Assembly: GCF_000143415.4 (NCBI RefSeq)
Contig: NW_003314301.1
Location: forward strand, 213,170-277,169
Reading direction: 5' to 3'
Source: Selaginella moellendorffii
Lineage: Eukaryota > Plantae > Lycopodiophyta
DNA: 64,000 nt
Part shown: piece by piece, positions 26,324 through 37,848 of the stretch
Layout of the letters: every line of letters begins with the position of its first letter
How positions within the stretch are numbered: the stretch's first letter is position 1
The notes under the pieces: model-generated
Told to the model about the DNA's origin: nothing
Databases searched by the model: none
The model's input: only the letters and a program-made list of their open reading frames with translations
Made by a program: the position numbers and the translations under genes

Positions 26324-27247
26324 CGCCTCCAGCTTCTTCCAGCCCTAAATTATAAGAGCTATTTACACTTAATTATTTTAAATGGAAATTTAATTTATGT
26401 AATGTTTGTATTTTGCATCAAGCATAAATTTAATTTATAAACTCATTTATAATAAATATTATTAAGTTTTGTAATTTAAGTGTATTTATAAATTTAAAAA
26501 AATAAGATTAAAATCATAATAATAATAAGAATATTTTAGATAACTTGTAAAGAATTTATTAAAACTACAAAAAGCTTTTACTTATAACTAAGTGAATTAT
26601 ATATTAAATGATGTATATCTTGTACTCAAAATAAAGATCTTAATAAAATATCTTCATAATTTAAATGTTTATTTTCCTTTAAAATAATAAAATAATAACT
26701 TTATATTTTTGATGGGAATAATGAGAAGGGTATTAATAAATAAAAGATGCTGGATCATGAAACATTTTGATTATGAATATTTATATTTTCTTTAGATTTT
26801 TAATGTTTTACATACATGAATTAAAATGTTTATACTTAAGTATAATTTTGCTAATTTTCTAATTGAGATCAAATAATATATATGTAATGTTATGAATAAA
26901 ATCTTTATATTTTTCTCATAACATTTTCACCATTATGGAAAAGTATATATTTAATATTATAAAGAAAATAAAAGTAACAATAGTATGTTAATGTAATTTT
27001 ATTGTTACCCTTTATCATTTTTACTAATTAAAAACTATTAGTTTATGAGTTTTACAACTGTTTATTTTATTAATGCTATATTATATACTTCAATGTATCA
27101 ATTACTATTTTAATTAAATTTATGTTATTGTTTCTAAAGTACAAATGGCAACAACTTTAAAAGAAGATTATGTCCCCTTCATGATTAATATTATTACAAG
27201 AATAAAATTCTAAAAACTCAAATTTAGATAATCCAAAAGCCATGTTT

Positions 27248-27860
27248 TCCCGAGCTGGGAGGCCCTTGGACATCCTACACTACTCTCAGCTGGGACAACA
27301 AGTATGCTGGTGTGGATGTCCTCTTGGCAAAGGTTGCTAAAAACCCTACAATCTTCTTCTATCTTCACTGGAAAATGCTGATGCTGATCTTATCATATAG
27401 GTGTTTTTGGGAGGAAATCAGAACTGGCTTGCGGCTTACAAGGACCGTGCTGATGATTTCGTGTGCTCGGCCATGCCTGGACGAGCCAGGCTCACACCAG
27501 GTCCATCAAAATCAAAACTATCTACAATGGCAATTTGATGAGAATCGTATGTATCATAACAGGGGGGCTATTCTACCAAGGCGCAAACAATCTCCAATAC
27601 GCTACGAGCAACGCATTTCTGCTCATCACATATGCAGGATACCTGAGCAGCGCTAAACAAAGTGTCAGGTGCGGAGGAGGTAGCAATTTCAAGCCAAATG
27701 AGCTGATCACTTTTGCAAAAAGACAGGTATAGTGTGTCTCTCAAAATTGTTCCATGCTATGCAGGTTTATTTATATCATTATTATCGTTGCTATCATGAA
27801 CACACAGATAGATTACATCCTAGGCAACAATCCGCGGAAAATGTCCTACATGGTTAATCT
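27248..27860 (+). pseudogene. Glycoside hydrolase family 9 endoglucanase internal fragment
   Basis: SWDNKYAGVDVLLAK, NNLQYATSNAFLL.TY, FAKRQ|IDYILGNNPRKMSYMV; truncated at both ends within AT-rich DNA; introns retained. Confidence 0.85.
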
Positions 27861-28009
27861 TGCAAAATTAATCCAATAGCTAGAATTGTTTTAGGCTTCT
27901 AGTTATAATGGTTGAGATTTTAAGATTTTAAATTTGGATATTCGAGAGTCATTTATCTATTTAAAACTAAATGCTTGGAATTATAAGAACCCTAGTTTAG
28001 CCATGGTGG

Positions 28010-31000
28010 ATGGAGAGGAGGGATTCCAGGCTCGTCTACCAGGCGCTCGTGGACGAGGGCGTCAAGCCGAGCATTGGCGTTCTTCTCGCAGCGATCAAGG
28101 TATGTAAGAATTCACGGGATTTACAAACCGGGAGGAGGATTCACGGGGATGTGATCAACAACAGGGAATTCTCGTCTCACCGCTTCGTGGCAAGCGCATT
28201 GGTGGACATGTATGCGAAATGCGGCCGACTGGGGGATGCCAGGAGGGTGTTCGAGAGCATGAGCTCTCACGACTTGGTGTCGTGGAATTGCATGATCCAA
28301 GGCTATGCTCAGAGAGGGGAGATGGATTTAGCACTGGAACTCTACGATCGGATGCAAAGGCAGGGCTGCGATCCAAACCGAGGGACACTGCTCGCTGCTC
28401 TCAAGGCATCCGTGAGCCTGGCTGAGAGAGAAGAAGAAGTAGAAGAAGAAAGCTCGAAAGTTTCTAGACGTACGAAGCGTGGACAGTGCTTGGAAAGAGG
28501 CCGAGAGATACACTCTCACGCTGTGAAGACTGGCAACGAGCTCGATCCTTTCGTGGCCAACACTTTGGTGGCCATGTACGCGAAGTGTGGAAGCATGGAA
28601 GAGGCTCGCGAGATTTTCGACAAGATGAGGCAGCGGGACGTGGTGTCCTGGAACTGCTTGGTGATGGGATACGCGAAGAACGAGCAAGGCGAGATGGCTC
28701 TGGAACTCTTCTCGCGGATGGAAGAACAAGGCTGCCAAGCAAACGCTGTGACTTTTCTCGGTGCTCTCAAGGCTTGCGTGAGCTTGGCTGAGAAAGAGCA
28801 AGGCACGCTCGTCCAGGGAAGGGTGATAAAGTGCGAGTGCCTTGAGCGAGGGAGAAGGATCCACTCCCGAGCTGCAGAAACTTTGGGACCGGATCTCTTC
28901 GTGGCGAATGCTCTTATCGATTTCTACTCGAGGTGTGGAAGCTTAGACGAAGCACGCAGTGTTTTCGAGATCTTGGACAGGCGCCGAGACGTGGTCTCAT
29001 GGAATTCCATCATCCAGGGGTGTACTCAATCTGGAGAGGGAGATCTGGCTCTAAGTTTCTATCGAGCTATGAAAGGTGACGGCTTCCAGCCGAACAGGGT
29101 GACGGTTCTTGCCGCGTTGAAAGCTTGTGTGAGCTCGGCTGAAAAAGAAGAAGATGGAGATCCGGAAAGCAGAGTTCCATCGGCAAAGTTAGCTCGAATC
29201 CAAAAGCGTTTGGAGCAAGGCCGAGAGATTCACTTCGAAGCAGCCAAGCTTGGACTGGACTCCGACGTTTTTGTGGCCAGCGCGCTCGTCGACATGTATG
29301 CCAAGTTCGGGAGCTTGCCGGAAGCTCGCAAAATTTTCGAGAGCATGAAGAAGCGGAGCGTAGTTCCCTGGACCGCCATTATCATGGCCTATGCTCAAAA
29401 CGGCGATGGAGAGATGGCTTTGCGACTCTACTCACGCATGCAAGACGAAGGCTGTGCTCCAAACCGGGTCACCGTTCTCGCTGCTGTCAAGGCTTGCGTG
29501 ACTCTGTCGGAGAAAGAGCCCGCCATGAAAGAGCTCTCGCTGGGAAAAGGAAGAGCTATACACCGGCAGGCCGTGGAAATGGGAGTGGACTCGGAGCTGT
29601 TCGTCGCCAACGCTCTCATCGACATGTACTCGAGGTGTGGCAGCATGGCGGACGCGTCTCAAGTTTTCCACGGCATGAAGGCTCGAGATATCGTCTCCTG
29701 GAACTCCATCATCCAAGGATTTGCACAGCGGGAAGGAGGAGATCCAGAGACGGCCTTGAAACTCTACGCGAGAATGCTGGACGAAGGGAAGTGCTCGCCA
29801 AACCAAGTGACAACTCTCGCAGCACTGAGAGCCTGTGTGATTCTCTCCGGGCGGGAAGACGCACGAAAGCTAGCCGATGTCGGTGTGAAAGTCAAGAGCT
29901 TGGAAAGAGCTCGAGGCATTCATGGCGGAGTTCTCGGGAAACCCGAGACTTTGGTGGCCAACAGTTTGATCGACGTTTACTCGAAGTGTGGCAGCATGAG
30001 CGATGCACGCCAAGTCTTCGATGGTATGGAGGAGAAGCAACGTAGCACAGTTTCGTGGACGGCCATTATCATGGGCTACGCGGAGAATGGCGATGGCGAA
30101 GAAGCTCTGGAGCTGTTCGAGCGTATGATGAAGGAAGGGAGCTTTGCTCCGAGTGAAGTAACTCTTCTCGGTGCCTTGAAGGCTTGCTCAAGCCTTGCAG
30201 AAAAGGAAGAGGCGATTTACGTCCAAGGCAAGGCTGTGAAAGCTCGTAGCTTGGAACGGGGAAGATATCTTCACTCTCAAGCGATCAAGCTTTGGAACAG
30301 GGACGAAGAGCTCAACGTGTTCTTAGCCAATGCTTTGATCGACATGTATGCAAAGTGTGGAGAAATGGTGGAAGCCCAACAAGTCTTTGACGAACTGGAC
30401 CATCGGAAGAGCGTGGTTTCATGGAACTCGATGATCCAAGGCTATGCTTACGCTGGAAATGGTGCTAAGGCTTTGGAACTGTTTGATCAGATGGATGTAT
30501 TCCAAAGAGATGGAGTAACTTATCTCGCAGCTCTCAAGGCTTGTGCGAGCATTGGAAGAAAGAGTCTTGGAAAAGGACGAGTCATACACGAAGAATTTAT
30601 AGGAATGGACAATATCAATGACAATAGAATAGATGTATTGCTGGCTAACTCGCTTATAGACATGTACGCGAAGTGTGGAAGCCTGGATGAATCCTGGATG
30701 GTTTTCGAGAGGATTCATCCAAAACAACGAACAATCTCTTCGTGGAACTCTATCATTCTTGCTCATGCTGAGAGTGGCGAGGAAGAACAGGCTATGGAGC
30801 TCTACTCGCAGATGAAAGACTTGGAAAACTTCCAGCCGGATGCGGTAACTTATTTTGTGGTGCTCAAGGCCTGTGGGAACTTAGCAGCGCTTGAGACTGG
30901 CAAGAAGATCTGCAACGAGATTCGAGAAGTTCCAGGGAAACTCCAAGATCAAGTGATGCTCGCAAACTCTATCGTCAGGTTCTTCGCGAAATGTGGATGC

Positions 31001-31573
31001 ATGGACGAAGCCGAGCGAGTTTTTCACTCGATTTCCAGGAAAAACATTGGCTCCTGGAGTGCTCTCATCGCCGGCTATAGCTTCCATGGTGACACTGATC
31101 GAGTGTTTGAGCTCCTGGAAACGATGATCCAGGAAAAAAATCCTCGGCTCCTACCAAATGAGATGATCTTTCTTTCAGTGCTCAATGCTTGCAGCCATGC
31201 TGGGCTCGTCGAGAAAGGCTTGGAGCTCTTTGATGTAATGCGCTACACGTATGGGATCCCAGCAGGGATCCACCACTACGCTTGCATGGTGGATCTTTTA
31301 GCTCGAGCAAACAAGCTTGATGAAGCTTTGGCGATGGTGGAAGGCATGCCTGTGGAGGCCGACGCAGTGGTGTGGACATCGCTGCTGGCTGGAGCCACGA
31401 AGTGGAAGAATGCAAGGATTGGATGCATTGCATTTGAGAAAGGATTGGAACTAGGTTCTGGCAAAGATCGTGTAGCAAATTTGATTCTCATGTCTAATCT
31501 TTATGCAAGCCTTGGAATGTTTGAGGAGGTGATAAAGATCCAAGACATGAAAGAACAATTACATAATTCATAA
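28010..31573 (+). CDS. Large PLS-class PPR protein (E-type end, no DYW), intronless
   Basis: Repeated FVANALIDMY.KCG..A..VF..M / VSWN.II.GY / PN.VT.LAALKAC triplets; HHYACMVDLLARA, VWTSLL, LMSNLYA. Confidence 0.96.
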   Translation: MERRDSRLVYQALVDEGVKPSIGVLLAAIKVCKNSRDLQTGRRIHGDVINNREFSSHRFVASALVDMYAKCGRLGDARRVFESMSSHDLVSWNCMIQGYAQRGEMDLALELYDRMQRQGCDPNRGTLLAALKASVSLAEREEEVEEESSKVSRRTKRGQCLERGREIHSHAVKTGNELDPFVANTLVAMYAKCGSMEEAREIFDKMRQRDVVSWNCLVMGYAKNEQGEMALELFSRMEEQGCQANAVTFLGALKACVSLAEKEQGTLVQGRVIKCECLERGRRIHSRAAETLGPDLFVANALIDFYSRCGSLDEARSVFEILDRRRDVVSWNSIIQGCTQSGEGDLALSFYRAMKGDGFQPNRVTVLAALKACVSSAEKEEDGDPESRVPSAKLARIQKRLEQGREIHFEAAKLGLDSDVFVASALVDMYAKFGSLPEARKIFESMKKRSVVPWTAIIMAYAQNGDGEMALRLYSRMQDEGCAPNRVTVLAAVKACVTLSEKEPAMKELSLGKGRAIHRQAVEMGVDSELFVANALIDMYSRCGSMADASQVFHGMKARDIVSWNSIIQGFAQREGGDPETALKLYARMLDEGKCSPNQVTTLAALRACVILSGREDARKLADVGVKVKSLERARGIHGGVLGKPETLVANSLIDVYSKCGSMSDARQVFDGMEEKQRSTVSWTAIIMGYAENGDGEEALELFERMMKEGSFAPSEVTLLGALKACSSLAEKEEAIYVQGKAVKARSLERGRYLHSQAIKLWNRDEELNVFLANALIDMYAKCGEMVEAQQVFDELDHRKSVVSWNSMIQGYAYAGNGAKALELFDQMDVFQRDGVTYLAALKACASIGRKSLGKGRVIHEEFIGMDNINDNRIDVLLANSLIDMYAKCGSLDESWMVFERIHPKQRTISSWNSIILAHAESGEEEQAMELYSQMKDLENFQPDAVTYFVVLKACGNLAALETGKKICNEIREVPGKLQDQVMLANSIVRFFAKCGCMDEAERVFHSISRKNIGSWSALIAGYSFHGDTDRVFELLETMIQEKNPRLLPNEMIFLSVLNACSHAGLVEKGLELFDVMRYTYGIPAGIHHYACMVDLLARANKLDEALAMVEGMPVEADAVVWTSLLAGATKWKNARIGCIAFEKGLELGSGKDRVANLILMSNLYASLGMFEEVIKIQDMKEQLHNS

Positions 31574-32456
31574 AAATAAAATTTTAATTAAAACATTTTT
31601 ATAACTACTTTTTTCTATTGTTTAATATTATTAGATGAAATATGGAGTTTAAATACTTTTTATTAAATAAAAAATAATTTAAAATATATATTCAATTAGT
31701 TCAAAAATCTTAATTTAGATTGAAGTGTTTAGACAACTAAGGTCAAACTTGAAGTGCCTACTTTTGCACAATCATCAAGTTTCACTTAGTTGTAGATTAT
31801 ATGTAAATTATTTACATATACCATGTTATATTTAAATTTAAAGTTTATTTTGGACTTAGATTTGATGAATATATAGGTGAAAGCCTAAAATATCTATCTC
31901 CCTAAGGTGTGGTAAATTGCAATCTTTGGAAAGATGAATATTATGAATTTTAAACATATAAAAAAGTTTGTTTTATTCTAAAAAGGTTTAAAATTTAATT
32001 GGTAAACAACATATAAAATATAATTAGAAAAATTATTTAACGACATTATTAATCATGAAACTATTAAATTTTATGTAACACGAGTTAAACAGTAATAAAT
32101 ATACTAACACTCAATAAATTAATTTAATAGTATTAATGAATAGGCAAGTTAGTAAAATATTTATTGGAGCATAAAGAAGAAAGACACAAGAATAATATTG
32201 TAAACTTCTAAATTTAAAGATTTTTAAACCTAAGTATTCCAAAATCTTTATTTGATTGGATAAAAAAATGCATTCTGCATTTTTATCATTTTCAACAGCA
32301 GTTTCTCAAAAAATATTCAAGAGCTAAAATTGTTGATGAGATTAATATGAAGCATAATCCATCCTTGCAAAACAGTCTCCGAATGTTGATCTTTGGAGCA
32401 ATTGAACCAAAGCTTTGTTGTTCGATATGAAATCCTGTTAAACCCTACTCTGTGTT

Positions 32457-32471
32457 TTAGGGTTTTGGCGC
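32457..32471 (+). promoter_or_regulatory. Telo-box (TTAGGGTTTT) overlapping an E2F consensus (TTTGGCGC) just before the ORC3 start
   Basis: Exact motifs seen; function inferred. Confidence 0.4.
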
Positions 32472-32472
32472 T

Positions 32473-35400
32473 ATGGCGGAGGACTCCGAGGAGGAGTGCG
32501 GCGCGCCTGACGACAATCGCTTGCAGGTAAGCGAGAGTTTCGGAGAATGCAGGCTGTGTGACCCGCGATGCTGTGGTTTTCCCCTCGGAAGTCTTGCTTT
32601 GTCCTTCATAGCTCGAAAAGCAAGGCGAGGAAGGACAGGGTTGTCTCGCGCCTTCTTCCGGATGAGCCTGAATGCTGCGAGCAATGGCGCAAGGACGCGT
32701 TTGATAAATTCTGGAGGCACGTCGAGAGCGTTGTCGAGGTAGAAAACACGTTTTCCTTCGAGGTTTTTTAAATCTTTTTTCTTTAGTCTACCCTCGAGGA
32801 TGGAAATGCGGATTGTTTTAGCAGCATTGAGCAGTGGATTTGCAACAGCCAGTTTTGCAAAGAGCAAATAAAGCTGTACAGCTCTCGCAACGCAAGCTCC
32901 TCTCGGCTTAGTTCCGCTTTGCTGTTTTCAGGTAATGTTGTGTTTTCCTCCGTTGTTTTAGTGATGGATCCATCCTTTTCTCTTTTTATTTTCTTTTGCA
33001 GGATCCGTGGACTCGTCTGACACGCATGCCATTTTCGATGGCCTTTGCTCGCATTTGCAGAAGCAAAATAGGTGCCGTGTTGCTCGCTTGCAGCCTCACC
33101 TTTTACTTGGCAAGCATGGCGTGAATTCTCCTCTGCGAAGCCTTTTCAAGCAGTTCACCGGAATCACTCCTGAGGTTTGGCTCTCTTGTCTTGAGCTTGA
33201 GGAATCCTGATGTTTACGTTTCAGACTACAGACATGGAAATTCTTGCTGCTTGGCACCAGGAATCTTGTAATGAGCAATATCCACTGGTTGTCATTGTCG
33301 AGGACGCAGAGCATTCCCACAGCTCCGTCTTAGCAGAGCTTGTAGTTATCTTGAGGTTCGTAACGTTGTTTTTGTGGCTTCCTGTTCTTAACTTAACGCG
33401 CTTTCTTTTCTTCGTTTCCAGTGAATGGGCTGCACAACTTCCTCTTGTTCTTATCATGGGAATGGCAATGACTGAGGACTCGTTACAAATGATGTTGCCA
33501 GCGAGTGTGACCGGACGTCTTCATGTTCATAGTTTTTATTTGAAATCGCCTCTCCACAGGCTAGAAGCGGTCGTGCAGGCTGTTCTGATTGACTTGCCTT
33601 TCGTTTTTACCTGGGGAACGGCTGTGGTGAAGTACTTCTATGAATTTTTCTATTCGCATGACAACACTGTTACTTCCTTCCTCAGACTTCTCAAGGTACT
33701 TTATAATGTCTATTGTATTCTTATCCATTTTATTAAACAGGTTTCGTGTATGGAGCATTTCTCCAAGCAGCCTTTAAGTTTTTTGTGCGTAAATCTCGTC
33801 GATTCTACAAGTCAGGTCACGCCGCGCGAATCAATCTCATGGTCTTCACTCTTTGCTTTCCAGGTGGAGTTTGAAAAGTTCTGCAAGAAGCTTCCATCTG
33901 CACACTTGAAATATGCGTCCATTCTTTCACCTTCGCAAGGGTGATTTTTTGCTGGTCTTTTTCCCGTGTTGACGCGCGTCCCGGCTTTTTGGCAGTGGCG
34001 ATATATCACAGAAGATTGCAGCAGCACTTTGGAGCTACAAAGCAAATAGACGGTGTTGGAGCATGGCTTTTCAGGTGAGGGCTTTTTTGAGATTTTGTGT
34101 GTTCCAACTTCTATAACTTTTTTTTTCCTGCAGTGTTTCCTCGCAGCTGGGTTACATATGAAGTTTAAGTTTGCAGACGTGTATTACGGGGCGCTAACAT
34201 CTTCAAAATTCTCTGCAGTGGTCAAGGACGAAAATGTTTTGTCTCTGATAACTGAGAGAATGAAGTAAGTCTTATTCCGGCATACAAGATACGCCTGACT
34301 TCTTTATGCAGATATTTAGCTGTCTCGACCATGTCGGAACTTTTAAGAGAATGGGCGTTACTGACTTCTCATAATGGACAAGTAAGAGAGACGCACTGAT
34401 TTCTGTAGTAAGCTGCGTCGGTTTGGTTTGCTAGTGCAGCAAAGATCTCGAAGCTCTACGCAAACAATTATCGTCGACCGATCCAGCGGATGTGGCTCCT
34501 CCATTGCAGTCGTCTTTCTGTGGCACTCCCTCAATGACAACTCGTAGGATGAGAGCTCTTATGGGGTGCAGTTCACCACCCAGTGTTTCACACTGCAACG
34601 ATCCAAAGCCAACCGAACAGCCGAAAGGGTACGATATGTTTTCTTTATCTTGTGACGCAGCTAATTCAAATCGAAGTTTAGAGACCAGAAAGCTAAATCG
34701 ATGAGGATGGCAATGGAGTTTTTGGAGCGCCTGCAAAGGTATTTGTGGTAGAGTCTTGGACAATAGCAGACATTTTGCTTGATTTTGTGCAGGGATTACA
34801 TTGTAGCACCTGAATCAATACCATTTCATGATGTGTTTTGCTTTAAGGATGTGAATGCACTGAAACAGGTAGTGATTTCTCTTAATACGTTTTCAAGGAG
34901 CGTGCTCATTCATATTGTTTCAGGCAATGACGGGAGAAACGCGTAAGCGTGTCCATTCGGACCTTCTTTCGTCGCAGGCCACGCTGAAATGCGAGTGCTG
35001 TCCTAGTAATGGCTCTCCGGCGTTCTCTCTCCACGACACTGCTCTTGCGTAAGAGTTTTTATAAACGCTTATGTTTGTTAACTCATAGTTAATTGTGTGT
35101 AGGTACGCTCTGTCCCTTGAGCACAACGAGCTTGTTAATGTCCATGATTGGTACCAATCCTTCGAATTTTTGCATTCTGAGAACAAATCAGCTGAGACAA
35201 GTAGGAAGCGAGGTGCGAAGCGAAAAGTGTTTTCAAGCTCGGAAGGCGAAATTCCAAAGCCAGCGGTAGCATCCATCCAGTAAGTGGCTTTAAGGTTTTC
35301 GCTTTGTTTCTTTTCTTAACTTGGTTAAAAACAGAGCCAGATTCTGCAAAGCTGTCGCAGAGCTTCATGTCACGGGGCTCCTTCGTCTTCCCAAGAAGCG

Positions 35401-35485
35401 ACGTCCCGATTCCGTGCAAAGGATTTCCATTGGCTTCTCCTCAGAATCCTGTACGTACACGTCGATGTTTTTCCTTAAGATGTGA
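32473..35485 (+). CDS. ORC3: Origin recognition complex subunit 3, many short exons
   Basis: TDMEILAAW, PLVVIVED, SEW..LPLVLIMGMA, TVTSFLR.LK..CMEHF, LVNVHDWYQSF, ARFCKAVAELHVTGL. Confidence 0.93.
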
Positions 35486-35611
35486 ATCTGACCACCCCGC
35501 GTGTAACAGGAGTTTGTCATCACGGAATTCTTTCACGTACCTCCGCATGCCGCAGTGCTGATTATTTAAGAAGCACGGAGATCAGCATTTGTGAGGCGAG
35601 CGAGTAGGAAG

Positions 35612-35971
35612 ATGAAGAGGATTTCCATGCTGCTCGTCGTCGCCGTTATGGCAATTGCGATGTATGGAGCCAGTGCGGACTACTGCGACCTCACAACGCT
35701 TCTTCCTTGTCTGTCATCCGTGATTGGTGACAAGCCAACGCCTCCGTCGGAAGAATGTTGTGCGGTCGTGAGAGTTGTGGATCCCGACTGTGTGTGCGGT
35801 CACGTAGGAGACGATGAAGGCATCACTGGAATCAACGTCAAGCTGGCGGCTCAGATCCCCAAAAAGTGTGGGAGGCACGTCCCCAAAGGATTCAAGTGTG
35901 GAGGTAACTTTCTCTTATTCGGGGTTTCTTCTGATTCTGATATGTTTCCAGATGTTCCGGTTCCTTCGTGA
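35612..35971 (+). CDS. Lipid-transfer protein / 8-cysteine-motif protein
   Basis: Signal peptide; C..L.PC..CC......CVC..IPKKCG...PKGFKCG; intron near 3' end. Confidence 0.9.
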   Translation: MKRISMLLVVAVMAIAMYGASADYCDLTTLLPCLSSVIGDKPTPPSEECCAVVRVVDPDCVCGHVGDDEGITGINVKLAAQIPKKCGRHVPKGFKCGGNFLLFGVSSDSDMFPDVPVPS

Positions 35972-37311
35972 GCTCTGTGTAGTATTTAACCTGTCGCATT
36001 GATCTACTCGTCCTGAGAACATTGATTCTTATGAATACGAGATGGAATTTCATCGAACCCGATAAGCTCTTTGGCTCGAGATTGGTTTCCTAGATGCATT
36101 TGATGATGCAGGTAGTTTTTCGTGCTGCGCTCTGTCGAGGTTGGTTAACTATGTCTTGCTGTGAGTTTTCTTTTTTTCTTCCCGGAACTTGGGGTCAGCC
36201 TCAAGAGGTTAGATGAGAAACGAGTATCATTCTTAGATTATGGCTGATGTCGCTCAACTTGCTGGCTCGGAAGCCATGGAGAACAACATAAGGCTTCCTC
36301 TCTTCTTCTCGTGTTTATGATTCTAACATTCCATAGACCGATTGTCTTCTGGCACTGGCCACCCTTTGAGATGAGAAACTTTCCATGCTTCAAGGACTCG
36401 AGCTGACCAGGTTTGACTAGTTGTCTGGACTTTTTGTGCTATCAGTGTGTTCCTTGTTAGCATAAAAACACTGCGCAAGCTAATGAAGAGGTGGAGGAGG
36501 CAAGTTCAAAGAGGAGGTGATGCGGCTAATGGCGTTTTCGCAGGTTACGAAATCACAGGACACTGTTTACCACTGCTTTTGAGCAGCAGAAAACTTCTCT
36601 CTCCTTTTCCCCGATTCGTGCGTCTTAATAATTTCGTTTTGCAGAACCGTTTTCATTTGGATCGTGTGGAAGCAAAGCATATAAATTCAGCCGAGAAAGA
36701 CCGCAGGACGAAAACCACCAGGAGTCCGTATGTGATTTTTCTCTTCCGAATAATCTATCTGTCTCATAGAGAAGAACGAATTTGTCTTGTAAGTTGGCTG
36801 TTTTCTTTTTACAATAGCTTGAGGTTCATAACGACCTTCGTGCCGATGTGAGGAATTTTGGGCGCTTTGGGTATAATTGGCTGAAGCTACGCTAAACGTT
36901 AGTTCACAGGTTAAAGATCTTGCACGGAAGTCAGACAGCCACTGAACTACTGATCTTGTGCATGAATGGTGCAAGAGTTTCGAAAAAATTTTCGATGCAC
37001 GCACAGGCTCAGCTCTAGATGCGTCTGCCTGGCGTGGAAAGAAGCGGTGGACCACAGGGACAGCGATAGCTTCTTTCGCCAAAAGAGAGGAGTTGCGTGA
37101 AGAAATACTCGACGTGTGAAATCCTCAACGATCATTACTTGTAGTAATAAATTGTCAGTGGGCAGCTTTGATTTTCCTGAATGATCCGATGGTCTATCGC
37201 TGCAAAGCAAAAAAGCAAAGAAAAAAAAACTGGATTTGTCAACTCTACCGGTTGCATCTCATGGATCTTAACGTCGTTAAGAAACAGAAGCTTGCAGAGC
37301 TATATAGCGGA

Positions 37312-37620
37312 TCAGAATGAAAAGCGCAAGACTGCTTCAAGACATGAAGAGCGTGGTAGCCATGTCAAACAAAAGGACATTACAAATGGCATACATAAAT
37401 CCATACCAATTTTATTTATTTGGTTTTTAAGTTTTACAATTAAAGTTGATACTTTTCCAGCCAATAGATCCAATGCAGAATGCATATACGTGTTGCAATC
37501 CTCTTGGTTGCAAAGATCTGCTGTGTTTGTGCTTCCATCTGGGTGCCACTCCAAGCCATAACTGGATGAAGGATCTAGGATCAAAACCAAAAGAAAAAGA
37601 AAATTAATAAAGACTAGCAT
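37312..37620 (-). CDS. Putative small secreted Cys-containing protein (unrecognised)
   Basis: Signal-like MLVFINFLFLLVLILDPSSSYG; 5 Cys; 102-aa intronless ORF. Confidence 0.4.
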   Translation of the reverse strand: MLVFINFLFLLVLILDPSSSYGLEWHPDGSTNTADLCNQEDCNTYMHSALDLLAGKVSTLIVKLKNQINKIGMDLCMPFVMSFCLTWLPRSSCLEAVLRFSF

Positions 37621-37848
37621 TTTTAACCTAGATGTGTTTTTCTTTCCTTTAAACACATCTAGCAAGTTTGACTTAATCTTGGCAGTATTTCATTTAATTG
37701 AACTAATGATTAGACAGAAAGAATTAAATAAAGATTAGTCTATAATATATTTAAAATCTGCTTTGCCAAGAAAGTTTTGAGCTGTTTCTATAATCTAGCT
37801 TTCTCTGCTAGCTTTCAGAAACTTGATCTTCAAACTAATCACGCTATC

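Noticed and set aside
36000-37300. Exon-like, moderately GC-rich segments
   Set aside because: No consistent frame or recognisable family
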